DNA of 64,000 nucleotides from a virus (IMGVR_UViG_3300045988_177920:30051-94050); one strand, 5' to 3'. Shown: positions 14,801 through 24,828, counted from the stretch's first letter. Notes: generated from the sequence alone by a model not told the origin. Translations and numbers: made by a program.

Positions 14801-16539
14801 GACTAAAACCTTCTTGCATATCTGGAATTAGTAGCAATAGTGTTTGCAATTTCTGTAGATATATTAAATCCTAGTTTACTTCCTATATACTTTATAATAT
14901 TAATTCTAGTAAGTCTATCATTATCTTCTTCAGTTTTTGCTGATACTCCAACATTTTGCATAAACTTTGTCGGAGATTCTATAAGAGATTTGCTTTCTCC
15001 TTCTTTTTTAGTAACCTCTCCCTTTACAAACCAGTCGAATATAGTATTAGAAAAAGTTTTTAATTCTTCAGTATCTAATACTACACTTCCTCCTTCTTGT
15101 CTTTTAGCTAAGGTATTCACATTTCTTCCGGATATAAGTAATTCTCTACCATTATATAGTAATGACTTTGCAGTAGCTGCTAAATTAAATCCCTTTTTAT
15201 CATTTAAACAAAAAGTTTTTAAGTAATGCATTCCCTAAGAAATTACTTCCTATACTACATATAAGGGTTGAAAATTTCTTTTTAGATCTACAAAAAATTT
15301 AGTTTGTAGTTTTGATGCTTCTGCAGCTTCATCTTTTATATACTATATAAAGTCTCTTTGCTCCTATATTTTAGACTCAGATTCATTACTTAAAATCATA
15401 TCTGCCAACACTTGTTCCTCTTCAGCAAGTGCATCTAAAAATTCCTATTTAGTATCAAAAGATTCTGATGAGTCATCTCCATATCGTACAGTTAAAGTTA
15501 GTTTATCTAGGATAGGCTTAAGCCAATATCTCCTTCTATTATCGCCAGTTTTACTGAAAAATTCATTATAAGAAGACTCTGTATATTTACGAAGCTTTCT
15601 CATCATTCCTCTAGATGAAGTAGTTCCTCTTACTGCATCTAGTAATACCTAATGCACCTATACTGGGTCTAGGTATTTAGTATTACCTAAGTCATCTTTT
15701 TCTATTTCACCATATTCATTTAACTAAGGTGTATTTGCTAAAACTGCTCTTACTTCATTTCCTATAGAAGCATATGCTGACAAAGATTCTGCTATTTCCT
15801 ACCAGCCTTCTCTGATAGAGGATTCCTCTATATCAATTTTTTCTTGTAAATCTTCTAATTCAAAATTGCCGTCATTTGCAGTATCTGTAAAATCATTAAA
15901 GGCACCCATTTTAATACCTTCTATATCTCTAAGACGTATTCTTGCAAGAGTAACCATTGCACTCCAATTTCTTAAGACTAATTCTATTTGTTCTGCTTCA
16001 TATTTAGCAGTAAGATCTTTTTCATCAGAGGTTTTATATTGTTCCCAGGCATCAGATCTCTGTTCAACCAATCTACGGTACATTTGATTAAATATATACT
16101 ATTGTCCAAAAATAGCTCTTCCTTCACTATCAAAGGTACCTTTAATAATAAACTCTCTTTCTAATCCTGCGGCATCTAAATCCATTTTCATTGTTTCAGT
16201 CACCATATCACTAAACATATGGCTTATCCAACTTACTCTTGCTTCTCTAATAGACGCATTAGGAATTTCATCTTGAAGTTTAACAAATACTGAGGCAATA
16301 TTTGTACCAGCGGCTTTAATCTCTTTAGCTTCTTTTTGCTTTTGTTGTCCTTCAAATTTAGTTATAATTGCTTTAATATCAGAATCTTCCATAGATTCCC
16401 AATTCTAATCTCCATAAGTTTCATCATATAATCCTCGCATCCATGCAAAATATTTAGATGTGCTTTCTGGAGAACCTAAGAAAGGGTCACTCTAGGCTAA
16501 TCTTTTATCAAGTTCTGTAGGTATATAACACGGTCCCAT
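8833..16539 (-). CDS. Giant virion-packaged RNA polymerase-like protein, about 2568 codons, TAG read as sense
   Basis: Ten track ORFs (10732-10974 through 16099-16392) share one minus frame (end mod 3 = 0). I translated 8833-9240 and 14566-14805 and found only TAG interruptions. ATG is at 16539 and TAA at 8833-8835. YRIPTESQYSM ... AGFDFDIDKLYL (DFDID at 11737-11751) matches the DxDxD metal loop of two-barrel RNAPs, as known for crAss-like virion RNAPs. Confidence 0.7.
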
Positions 16540-16561
16540 ATTTATATTTTATTTAATTGCA

Positions 16562-16592
16562 CAAATTTACTAATTAATTTCTTATAACACAA
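16562..16592 (-). promoter_or_regulatory. Bacteroidota-type promoter upstream of the giant late genes
   Basis: On the minus strand, TTG (16590-16592) is followed after 20 nt by TAAATTTG (16562-16569), a TAnnTTTG match, about 22 nt upstream of ATG 16539. Confidence 0.35.
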
Positions 16593-16622
16593 CTATTTCT
16601 AAGTAAATGTATATCTTACTTA

Positions 16623-16675
16623 TAAAAAAAATAAGGGGGCAAGAAGCAGCATATGCTACAACTTACCCCCTTATT
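16623..16675 (-). terminator. Intrinsic terminator closing the standard-code module
   Basis: ATAAGGGGG (16631-16639) pairs with CCCCCTTAT (16666-16674), enclosing an inner AGCATATGCT palindrome. A run of 8 T follows on the minus strand (16624-16631). Confidence 0.65.
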
Positions 16676-16688
16676 TATAGTGGTTAAT

Positions 16689-16865
16689 CTAATTTTTATT
16701 TATTATAGAAGCAAGAACTTTACATGCTTCCTTTATTTTATTTATATCAGTATTACTAACATCTTTAAGTTCACCAAATTCCTGTTCAAACAAATAGGAA
16801 TTTATTAAATTGAATAACTTAAGAGTTGCTTTTTTCTTAGTATTTGTTTTACAAGTTATTCCCAT
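16689..16865 (-). CDS. Small hypothetical protein (58 aa) ending in a genuine TAG stop
   Basis: ATG 16865 overlaps the upstream TAA (TAATG). The ORF ends at TAG 16689-16691, just before the terminator. It is below the track's 60-aa cutoff. Confidence 0.4.
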   Translation of the reverse strand: MGITCKTNTKKKATLKLFNLINSYLFEQEFGELKDVSNTDINKIKEACKVLASIINKN

Positions 16866-17314
16866 TATGCAAAATTGTTACTTACACTAAAACGTAAATT
16901 ATCTATATAAAATTCTCCCAAAGTTACTGGTATACCATGAAATATAGCACACGACTGACGCCAATGTCCTCTTCCAGGATAGTCTTTTTCATATGTAATC
17001 GCATCATAACCATCCCAGAATCCATTTAAACAATCGTTCCAAAATTCTTCAAAAGTAAATTCTCGTTTATATTCATCGATGATTTGCCCTGACTTAAGCC
17101 ATTCTATCAAGGATTCTTTTGTAGGTTCAAAGTATTTGAAGTCATTGGCATCCCACAGGAATTTCCAACCTTCAGATCTTTTACCAATATGAATATCTTC
17201 AACTTCAGCTATAATATCTCTGGCTTCATCATACTGATCATTATTGATTGCATCAATAACCTCCTTTTTTTGTTCAGGAGTCATATATTTTTTAATATAG
17301 TAATTCGTTCCCAT
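16865..17314 (-). CDS. Hypothetical protein
   Basis: Intact track ORF, co-oriented and tightly packed with its neighbours. No motif recognised. Confidence 0.7.
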   Translation of the reverse strand: MGTNYYIKKYMTPEQKKEVIDAINNDQYDEARDIIAEVEDIHIGKRSEGWKFLWDANDFKYFEPTKESLIEWLKSGQIIDEYKREFTFEEFWNDCLNGFWDGYDAITYEKDYPGRGHWRQSCAIFHGIPVTLGEFYIDNLRFSVSNNFA

Positions 17315-17315
17315 A

Positions 17316-17582
17316 TTATATTATAATTTCGGTTTTATTATTTCTAGTAATAAATGCTTTAGTAAGGTGTTCAATAACATCTGAAGAAGAAAACTCTATA
17401 ATAGATATTAATAATGCTTTTCTAAATTTCTTAGAAAGTTCTTCATAAGGTTTATCCATTATAAAGATTTTATTATTCTCTATTTTCAGACTCAATCCTT
17501 TTGAATTGTCCATATATATGATTGTGTTCTTTTCCATCAATAAGTATTTTACAGAAACTATTTCTAACACAAATAATAACAC
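17316..17582 (-). CDS. Hypothetical protein (start uncertain)
   Basis: Track ORF. Its 5' part overlaps 17473-17670, so the true start is probably an internal Met. Confidence 0.4.
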   Translation of the reverse strand: MLLFVLEIVSVKYLLMEKNTIIYMDNSKGLSLKIENNKIFIMDKPYEELSKKFRKALLISIIEFSSSDVIEHLTKAFITRNNKTEIII

Positions 17583-17670
17583 CTTCTTTACCTAAATCAT
17601 TATTTTTAGGTCCGGTTTTTGTTATTACAACTTTCTCTCCTACATTCCAAAGTTTATAATTTTTTGCCAT
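17473..17670 (-). CDS. Hypothetical small protein
   Basis: Intact track ORF with a short overlap onto the upstream gene. No motif recognised. Confidence 0.55.
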   Translation of the reverse strand: MAKNYKLWNVGEKVVITKTGPKNNDLGKEGVIICVRNSFCKILIDGKEHNHIYGQFKRIESENRE

Positions 17671-18058
17671 ATAAATATTCTAACATTGATTCCCATATAT
17701 AGATATTATCTGTATATGATTCATGAGATTCTTTTGAATTTGATCTATCTTCTGTAGATTTAGCATAATTGAATACCCACATTATATGATATTTCCTAAA
17801 TAAACAAATATCAATATATGGATCCCATTCATGTCTAAACATGCGATATTTAGTTTTCCAACCTAATGCAGAAGTATTAATACTTATAATCGGATTATAG
17901 TATTTTTTATTAACAGGCATACCGAAGAACCAAATATCTTTACCATATATAAAGTGACATTTAGGTCTGGGAAATTTCTTTCTAGCTTTATACCATGGAT
18001 AAAATGGATTATGATATTCTTCCCATATCTTTAATTTCTTTTTTAACTTCTTAAACAT
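17654..18058 (-). CDS. Hypothetical protein
   Basis: Intact track ORF, tightly packed. No motif recognised. Confidence 0.65.
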   Translation of the reverse strand: MFKKLKKKLKIWEEYHNPFYPWYKARKKFPRPKCHFIYGKDIWFFGMPVNKKYYNPIISINTSALGWKTKYRMFRHEWDPYIDICLFRKYHIMWVFNYAKSTEDRSNSKESHESYTDNIYIWESMLEYLYGKKL

Positions 18059-18109
18059 ATTGATACTTATTTATTGATTAATACAAATCTTCTGAAACCA
18101 AACAAGGTA

Positions 18110-18436
18110 TTAATCTTTTTTATTGCTAATTTGACCTGCCTTTTTAGCTATTTTATAAGCTTCGACACGATTAACAAATCGTCCTTTGGATGTGTAAAAT
18201 CCTTGTGCTTTAGGAGATTTATCAATTAGGTCCTTGAAGTTATGTATAATATTATGGTGGCGATACCCTAAAATACATAGATGATCGTCACTAAAATCTG
18301 CATTATCATATGTAGGCTCTTTTCTCTTTATAGCAGCGCATAATATGTGCTCATAGGACTTCTTTTTAGAAGTATTAATATAAAATATTATTAATACCCC
18401 TAATAATATTATGTTAAGAATTAACGATATAACCAT
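18110..18436 (-). CDS. Hypothetical protein with N-terminal transmembrane helix
   Basis: Track ORF with a hydrophobic N-terminus, MVISLILNIILLGVLIIFYI. Confidence 0.65.
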   Translation of the reverse strand: MVISLILNIILLGVLIIFYINTSKKKSYEHILCAAIKRKEPTYDNADFSDDHLCILGYRHHNIIHNFKDLIDKSPKAQGFYTSKGRFVNRVEAYKIAKKAGQISNKKD

Positions 18437-18438
18437 AT

Positions 18439-18894
18439 TTATTTATCTGAAAAACTTTTTTGAGTATAATCATCATAATTATCAGAAGGATGACCTTTTT
18501 CAAAACCCCTTTTATTTCTTTTATATAGACTTCCATCAATATCTAATGTGCCCGATTGCCAACAAGATTGAATATCCATAGAAAACCATTCACCATATGG
18601 AGTTCTTGTAAACCATATTATATTTGTATCATATTCTGGTATAGAACAACCCACAAAGAAATCAGTGGTTTCAGCATAAAGTTCAGGGTTATCTTCATGT
18701 TTTTCTTTTAGAATATTCTGTAATGTCATAGGCATTTCACAGTCATATCTACTATTAAAAGCATTTACAATATAGTATTCTTGACTATAAGGAATTATAT
18801 CTGTTACCTTAGCTTCATAACACCGAGAAGGTGTGAATCTTCCACTATCAAAGAAATGATAGATTCGCTCTTTTTCAGGAATGGTTGTTTTCAT
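18439..18894 (-). CDS. Hypothetical protein
   Basis: Intact track ORF, tightly packed. Confidence 0.7.
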   Translation of the reverse strand: MKTTIPEKERIYHFFDSGRFTPSRCYEAKVTDIIPYSQEYYIVNAFNSRYDCEMPMTLQNILKEKHEDNPELYAETTDFFVGCSIPEYDTNIIWFTRTPYGEWFSMDIQSCWQSGTLDIDGSLYKRNKRGFEKGHPSDNYDDYTQKSFSDK

Positions 18895-19070
18895 ATACTA
18901 TATTTGATTAACTCAGAAGATAATGGAAACACTTTTAACCATTGAATTTCGCGTTTTTCTTTAAGGCGATTTATGGTAGTTTCAACATCATCTAAAGATT
19001 CACAACATTCACAACTAATGTTTACATAAAAAACATCATCTGAATATCTATAAATTATTATATATTTCAT
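18891..19070 (-). CDS. Small hypothetical protein (about 59 aa)
   Basis: Manual translation gives MKYIIIYRYSDDVFYVNISCECCESLDD... The TGA overlaps the ATG of the next gene. Below the track cutoff. Confidence 0.4.
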   Translation of the reverse strand: MKYIIIYRYSDDVFYVNISCECCESLDDVETTINRLKEKREIQWLKVFPLSSELIKYSI

Positions 19071-19085
19071 ACTATTAGAGTATAC

Positions 19086-19241
19086 TCATATTACAAAGTA
19101 TTTATTATACAAATCTTCAGGTACAAAATATGCAGCATTACTCTCTGAATTAATAGAGAAACCTGTATATACTCTACTTTCATATTCAGGGTCTTCCATT
19201 ACTAACTGAATATCAGGCCATTCCACTAATATATATTTCAT
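19086..19241 (-). CDS. Small hypothetical protein (about 51 aa)
   Basis: Manual translation gives MKYILVEWPDIQLVMEDPEY... ATGA overlap with the stop of 19238-19480. Below the track cutoff. Confidence 0.4.
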   Translation of the reverse strand: MKYILVEWPDIQLVMEDPEYESRVYTGFSINSESNAAYFVPEDLYNKYFVI

Positions 19242-19480
19242 ATTTCTAAGGTATATTCATAAACATTATCGTCGCACTCGTCACAATGATATATAAATTT
19301 AGGGATACCATTCAATTCAAGAAAATCAATAATCATATCTTGAATGCTTGAATTATTACCATATTTATCAATTAAAGATTTAAGTATGTTTTTTTGTTCT
19401 TGTAGGGTAAAATCTTCAATTTTTTTATTATCAATATCCAGATTATACGCCATACAACCATCAGTATATGTTAGTTTCAT
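19238..19480 (-). CDS. Hypothetical protein
   Basis: Intact track ORF. Confidence 0.65.
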   Translation of the reverse strand: MKLTYTDGCMAYNLDIDNKKIEDFTLQEQKNILKSLIDKYGNNSSIQDMIIDFLELNGIPKFIYHCDECDDNVYEYTLEI

Positions 19481-19511
19481 ATAAATTTATTATAATCCAT
19501 CTTACAATTAT

Positions 19512-19814
19512 TTACTTTTTATTACTTCGAATTTCTTTTTCTAATACACGAGTTATTAAATCAAGATTCATTTTAATTTGCTTATATACATCCCATTTCT
19601 CCTCTTTACCTGATGGTGGCCAATCAGATATAATTATTTCATATTCACATCGTGACCACCATTGATACATAGAATTTGATTTAACAAATTCAACCATTTC
19701 TTTATGGGTTTTAGGTTTAGGGGATGCGTTTTTATATCTATCGTAAAGATAAGGTATTATATCGTAAGGAACAAATTTACCATTATCTTCAATTATAACA
19801 TTAAAACTATTCAT
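19512..19814 (-). CDS. Hypothetical protein
   Basis: Intact track ORF. Confidence 0.65.
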   Translation of the reverse strand: MNSFNVIIEDNGKFVPYDIIPYLYDRYKNASPKPKTHKEMVEFVKSNSMYQWWSRCEYEIIISDWPPSGKEEKWDVYKQIKMNLDLITRVLEKEIRSNKK

Positions 19815-19840
19815 TTATTAATATTATTATTTTTGTTTTT

Positions 19841-20167
19841 TTATTGTTGTCGATTAATAAGTTTGGTTATGGTTAAGCGAATAATGTCCATAACTGAATA
19901 TCCCTTAGACGCCAGATTGGCCATTTCGGGCGAATGGACAATGTCATTTGCAATGTCTTCCATTCCTGCAAGGACATCAATAGTTAAGTCCTTAGCACCG
20001 CAAACACGGTATATATCATTAAGATGATCTGCGTTGGTCGTGCTTGCAGACATAGGTCCGTGGTGGCGAATATACCATACACCATCCCGCAGGTAGTTTA
20101 GATTAACAAGCCTACCGACAGGGATGTATCGGCGGCCTGCTTTGCGATAAATATTTTTGTCTGTCAT
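19841..20167 (-). CDS. Hypothetical protein (locally GC-rich gene)
   Basis: Intact track ORF, visibly GC-richer than its flanks (for example cgccagattggccatttcgggcgaatgg). Confidence 0.65.
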   Translation of the reverse strand: MTDKNIYRKAGRRYIPVGRLVNLNYLRDGVWYIRHHGPMSASTTNADHLNDIYRVCGAKDLTIDVLAGMEDIANDIVHSPEMANLASKGYSVMDIIRLTITKLINRQQ

Positions 20168-20430
20168 AATAAACTTAATTTATTTTCTAATCGTGCTTGA
20201 TATTTTTTAATAGCACTCATAATATCAAGAAGTAGATCATAATCATACCTATTTAAAGACCAAGTTTTCCAAGTATAGACATTTTCTTTATTACTATTTA
20301 CCTTTAAAGTAATATTTAAATCTTTCCTATCTTTATAATCATCTAATGATTTACAAAAATCGATAGTTTTAATAAGTTTATCTGCTTCTTTAAGAGCTTC
20401 TTGTTTTTGTTTGTATTCTTCTATAGTCAT
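20164..20430 (-). CDS. Hypothetical protein
   Basis: Intact track ORF with a 4-nt overlap onto the upstream gene. Confidence 0.65.
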   Translation of the reverse strand: MTIEEYKQKQEALKEADKLIKTIDFCKSLDDYKDRKDLNITLKVNSNKENVYTWKTWSLNRYDYDLLLDIMSAIKKYQARLENKLSLL

Positions 20431-20463
20431 TATTATTCTATTTAGTGTTGTTACATTATTATA

Positions 20464-20709
20464 TTATTCAAAAATTAATATAGTTCCGCTTTCATCTATA
20501 TCTATAGATTTTAATACTTTGCCGTCTATTTTAAATTCTCCTACAGCCATGAAAGGACCTCCAGGAGGATCTACAGCGTAATAAGTTGTATTATCCTCAT
20601 TATATATAAGTCGACAATAATCCTCATATTGAGCATGAAGTCTATATTTATTATTTCCCAGATATTCTAAATAATTATTTGATCTGTCGTGTGTGGGTAA
20701 TTTAACCAT
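20464..20709 (-). CDS. Hypothetical protein
   Basis: Intact track ORF. Confidence 0.65.
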   Translation of the reverse strand: MVKLPTHDRSNNYLEYLGNNKYRLHAQYEDYCRLIYNEDNTTYYAVDPPGGPFMAVGEFKIDGKVLKSIDIDESGTILIFE

Positions 20710-20713
20710 AATT

Positions 20714-20753
20714 ATAAAAAATATGGGGAGGAGAAATTACTCCCCCTCCCCCC
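20714..20753 (-). terminator. Intrinsic terminator-like hairpin
   Basis: GGGGAGG (20725-20731) pairs with CCTCCCC (about 20745-20751). ATATTTTTTAT follows on the minus strand. It lies after the stop at 20762. Confidence 0.5.
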
Positions 20754-20761
20754 TAATTTAT

Positions 20762-20989
20762 TTATTCACCTTTAAAATAACAATCAATCAAAGTAAATTC
20801 GCTTTTACTTTTCTTTATAAACTTAATAAACTCTTCAACAGAACTAAAATATTCTTTGTCTTTAGGATTAAAAGAATATAAAGCATCTTCAGGATATTCT
20901 TCTTCTTTTCTCTCTATAATACATTCTGCATATAGAGGTTTTTCTTTTAAATCCTTTATATATAAATTCCAATTAGTTTTAATGCGCAT
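20762..20989 (-). CDS. Hypothetical protein
   Basis: Intact track ORF. Confidence 0.6.
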   Translation of the reverse strand: MRIKTNWNLYIKDLKEKPLYAECIIERKEEEYPEDALYSFNPKDKEYFSSVEEFIKFIKKSKSEFTLIDCYFKGE

Positions 20990-21818
20990 TTAATTTATTT
21001 TTAAGAGTTGTACATAAAAATTTAATCTCATCATCTGCTTTTTCAGAACATCTTAAATCAAATATATTATTCCAATCACTCTGAAAAGCTGTCATAACCA
21101 ATTCTGTTTTAGTAGCATTAGGAAGTACCATTCTGGCTTCTTGTGGTTTAAAACCTTTATTTATAAGCTCCATATAGGCATGTTCTGCATGTTGGTATAA
21201 TTCTGCTTGTATAGGGTCTATCCCATCTCCTAAATAAATATATGTTATAGAACCATCAAATTTAGTTTTGTTATACCCACAGAATCGTTGTGATTCCATA
21301 GAAAATGAAGCACACCTATGCCTTGTTAATTGCTGGGCACATGCTCTACTACATATGAATTTAACAGTGATTCTTTTATTGTGTTTTTCTGTAGGCACAC
21401 TTAAAAATTTAAGGGCATTTTGTAAATTATTATCTACTATAACCCTATAATTAGTTGTTATATAATCATAGTCATTATCCTCATTGAATTTGGTATATGG
21501 ATTTGATAGTAAAAACCATATCCAATTTAATTCAGATATAGTTCCCTTTTTAGGGACTTTTAAATATATAGTGCCATGTTCTGCAACACTTCTATGTTTA
21601 TATACATTTAACAATTTAGCTACAAATGGTTCGGCAGTAATACTTCTGTTATCTTCATTATATTGTATATTACATTCTGATTTGTAACATACTCTTGCTG
21701 CTAACTCTATTTGTTCTAAAACCTCTTTAAAGTCAAGAGGAGTATGCAATATTTCTACTGAAGGTTTAATCAGTTTCATTATCTTTAGGATCAAATAATT
21801 GTGGATATTGCCTTTCAA
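20979..21818 (-). CDS. thyX: Flavin-dependent thymidylate synthase ThyX
   Basis: The ThyX signature RHRCASFSMESQR (RHRxxSxxxxSxR) is present. The true start may be the internal MKLIKPSVE at 21779. Confidence 0.85.
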   Translation of the reverse strand: MKGNIHNYLILKIMKLIKPSVEILHTPLDFKEVLEQIELAARVCYKSECNIQYNEDNRSITAEPFVAKLLNVYKHRSVAEHGTIYLKVPKKGTISELNWIWFLLSNPYTKFNEDNDYDYITTNYRVIVDNNLQNALKFLSVPTEKHNKRITVKFICSRACAQQLTRHRCASFSMESQRFCGYNKTKFDGSITYIYLGDGIDPIQAELYQHAEHAYMELINKGFKPQEARMVLPNATKTELVMTAFQSDWNNIFDLRCSEKADDEIKFLCTTLKNKLNAH

Positions 21819-21902
21819 ATTCTCTAAACAAGTATTTAATATCTATACTTATTTTAATTACCCAAAATAATATTATTAGTACTATTAATGATAGTGCCCA
21901 AA

Positions 21903-22151
21903 TCATAATGTCTCAATATAATCATTTATTTCCTTTGGTGATGTAATTCCTACCCATCTTTTAATTTCATTATCGCCTTTAAGTAGAATTAATGTAGGAA
22001 GAGCTCTAACTCCAAATAAAGAGGTTAAGTCTTTTTCATCATTATCTACACTAATTTCTTCTACAGGAACATTTAAAGGGGTTTCTTTAAGTGCATTTGC
22101 CATTACTTTACATTGACCACACCAGGGTGCCCCAAATTTAATTACTTTCAT
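21903..22151 (-). CDS. Thioredoxin/glutaredoxin-like redoxin
   Basis: 82 aa with a WCGQCK active-site CxxC in the thioredoxin position. It sits near the nrd genes. Confidence 0.8.
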   Translation of the reverse strand: MKVIKFGAPWCGQCKVMANALKETPLNVPVEEISVDNDEKDLTSLFGVRALPTLILLKGDNEIKRWVGITSPKEINDYIETL

Positions 22152-22527
22152 TTTCTAATAATTTTATTTTATCGTTTAAGTACCAAATAGCTTTCTTTAA
22201 ATCTTCTACTGCGTCTTTTTTTCTCCCTGCTCTAAGTATATACTTAATAGCATTACCTAAATCAAAGTCTAAGTGCCTTGTTATATCAATTACTTCAAGG
22301 CCACATTTTTCTTTTAACCAAGAGTAATGTGGAGGAGAATTAACCATATCAGGTTCTGTACATTCAAATGTGGGAGTAAAAAATTCTTCATCTTCCACAA
22401 TCTGAGATTTACGAGTCACTCTATAATTATTATTAGTATTAACAGCAGTTAATATGACATGGTCTCCTTTTTTAGCAAATTGTTTATTGTCTAAATAAAA
22501 GTCCTTCTTACAAATATATTCTTTCAT
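22138..22527 (-). CDS. DUF3310 (SaV-like) phage protein
   Basis: NSPPHY ... GNAIKYILRAGRK ... EDLKKAIWYL resembles the DUF3310 family consensus as I recall it. Confidence 0.55.
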   Translation of the reverse strand: MKEYICKKDFYLDNKQFAKKGDHVILTAVNTNNNYRVTRKSQIVEDEEFFTPTFECTEPDMVNSPPHYSWLKEKCGLEVIDITRHLDFDLGNAIKYILRAGRKKDAVEDLKKAIWYLNDKIKLLENESN

Positions 22528-22612
22528 AATAAGGTATTAAATCTCTTGTATTAAAATTTATATTATTTACTACCTATCCTGTATTATAAGTAAGAGCATT
22601 TCTTAAATAACT

Positions 22613-22801
22613 TTAATGTCTGCTGGTAGTAGGTAAATACTTAGTTTCATTATATATTATTATGTTAGAATACCATTGTGCAATACAAGTATTATAAGAG
22701 AACAACTTATCTCCTGTTGAAACTAAATTACTTCCACAAGCCGCTATATGGTAAATAAATTCTTTACATACTTCTTTATTTTTCATAATTAATGTATCCA
22801 A
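22613..22801 (-). CDS. Hypothetical small protein
   Basis: Track ORF with a 13-nt overlap onto the polA end. Confidence 0.5.
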   Translation of the reverse strand: MDTLIMKNKEVCKEFIYHIAACGSNLVSTGDKLFSYNTCIAQWYSNIIIYNETKYLPTTSRH

Positions 22802-24828
22802 TAGGTTGGGAGATATCCTTTTTCATCATAACTTATATCTGCATCTAATTTACACTTATCACAAAAGTATTTACCTGCTTTTACCATAAAGTCTTTAAGT
22901 TTTAATGCAACTTTATCTGCAATTCCTTTAGGTGCTTCTACATCAAATTCATCATAAGGAGTTATACATATAAGAACTTTAAATAATAAATTTTCTTTTC
23001 TGAGCCATTCAAAGAAATTTATCATAGACACTCTTAAACAGAAGGATCCTGCAGCTTGTATAGGAAAATTAATACTGCATCTTTCATTTTCAGATTTTCT
23101 TTTAAAAAAGTGTTTTACTTTTTGTACAGTATCACATGTAGGAGCAACTTGTTTCATTTCTCTATAATAACTCCAAAATCCAGGTTCTTTAAATGAATCT
23201 TGAGTTGCCTTTAAATCTTCATAATCATATATAAATACTTTATGTCCTGTTAATGGACTTAATAATATATACCCTTTGTCAAACCAATCTTTTCTTCTAA
23301 AATCTTGATATTTTTTAAGTCCTTTAAAACCTAACATATATTCATTATATATTTTATTTGCTTCCTCTATAGGTATACCTTTATTTCTAGATATTGTGTC
23401 AGCATTACCGCCATAATTTATAGCAAATTCAACGCTTTTAGCTTCTTGTCTAAGATTATGATATTTCTTTTTAATATCTTTAATAGGAGTATCTCTTGGT
23501 ATTTCTTTATATGTCATATATGCAGTTAAAGAATGAATATCCCCTGAACCTTCATTAAGCTCTTTAAGTATAGCTGCATCATTTGCTATAGATGCCATTA
23601 AATAGGTTTCTTGTCCTACATAATCTATTGATATCCAATTATTATTAAGCTCTGCTACAAAACAAGAACGTGTTATTTCATCAGAAGGCATATTTAAGAA
23701 ATTGATGTATTCTTTCTTTCCGTCTTTTCCTCCTGAAGTTATTCTTGTTGTATCAGCACCAAGTTGGTTAAATTGAGTATAAAGCCTTCCTGTCTTTTTA
23801 TCAATTTGGTCTAAAACATTTTGCCCATACGTACTTACCACTTTTTGTGCTGCTTTATATTTAAGATATATAGGAGCAATCGGTGATAAATCTTTTTGTG
23901 GCTTTATTATTTTAGCATCAACTGAGGGCTTCATTTTCCCTGTTTGCTTGTCTTTAGATAATAAGTTAAATCCCAATAAAGTGAATACTTCAATTACTTG
24001 TTTAGCACTATTCCAATTTATAGTACACTTAGGAGTTAAATCAAATCCCTCAAATAAATCTCCTTGTGTATTTATAAACGTAAATTTCTTAAAATTATTG
24101 TCTGTTTCTGCAAGATTTATAATGAAATTATTTAAGGAAGCCTCTGCATCATCTAAAGCTTCTTTATCTGACTTCATCTTATTTAACCATTTTTCTTGAT
24201 CTAATCTTACTCCACAAAACTCTTCATAAGCCAATGCTAATACAAATTTATTTTCATATTCTATGGCAGTTAGCAGTTCTTTTTTACTAAGTTCTTTATG
24301 TTGGGCATTTTTTATCTTCTCTAGATATTGGACATCTTTAGCTGCATATATAATAACATCATCTGTTAATCCTTTCCAAATAATTTGTCCCCTTATAGTT
24401 TTATCTAATTCTATGCCTAAATAACGTTCTCCAGCAGATTTTAATGACATACTGTGATATCCTGAAGGATATCCTAAATACATAAGTTTTTCTGCTAAAT
24501 AACCATCATAAACTTTTTTAGGAACAATTTTATATTTATATAACCATTTTAAATCAAATTTAGCATTCCAAAATAAAAATTCTCTATTAGATTCTAAATA
24601 GTCTTTATATAATAGAATATTTATTTTAGTGCAATCAATAACAATTTGAAAATCATAACATCCTAACTGTAAAGACAGTAATGTGTCATTATGACAATCT
24701 AGTCCTGAAGTTTCAGTATCTAAACCCACTATAGATAATGTGCTGAGGAGTTTTAATGACTCCTCAACACTTATTATCTTATAGGGAGTATCAACTAATC
24801 TATTTTCAGTTGTTACTAAATATACCAT
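22789..24828 (-). CDS. polA: Family A DNA polymerase with 3'-5' exonuclease domain
   Basis: ExoI motif GLDTETSGL. Motif A IDYVGQETYL, motif B RQEAKSVEFAINYGG, and motif C TPYDEFDVE are all present. Confidence 0.9.
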   Translation of the reverse strand: MVYLVTTENRLVDTPYKIISVEESLKLLSTLSIVGLDTETSGLDCHNDTLLSLQLGCYDFQIVIDCTKINILLYKDYLESNREFLFWNAKFDLKWLYKYKIVPKKVYDGYLAEKLMYLGYPSGYHSMSLKSAGERYLGIELDKTIRGQIIWKGLTDDVIIYAAKDVQYLEKIKNAQHKELSKKELLTAIEYENKFVLALAYEEFCGVRLDQEKWLNKMKSDKEALDDAEASLNNFIINLAETDNNFKKFTFINTQGDLFEGFDLTPKCTINWNSAKQVIEVFTLLGFNLLSKDKQTGKMKPSVDAKIIKPQKDLSPIAPIYLKYKAAQKVVSTYGQNVLDQIDKKTGRLYTQFNQLGADTTRITSGGKDGKKEYINFLNMPSDEITRSCFVAELNNNWISIDYVGQETYLMASIANDAAILKELNEGSGDIHSLTAYMTYKEIPRDTPIKDIKKKYHNLRQEAKSVEFAINYGGNADTISRNKGIPIEEANKIYNEYMLGFKGLKKYQDFRRKDWFDKGYILLSPLTGHKVFIYDYEDLKATQDSFKEPGFWSYYREMKQVAPTCDTVQKVKHFFKRKSENERCSINFPIQAAGSFCLRVSMINFFEWLRKENLLFKVLICITPYDEFDVEAPKGIADKVALKLKDFMVKAGKYFCDKCKLDADISYDEKGYLPTYWIH

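Noticed and set aside
3491-16539. The fragmented short ORFs could indicate a decayed or pseudogenised region, or poor assembly.
   Set aside because: All fragments fall in just two frames. The interruptions I translated are exclusively TAG, the joined text is protein-like with an RNAP catalytic motif, and the same pattern occurs in TerL and the portal gene. Recoding explains this better than decay.
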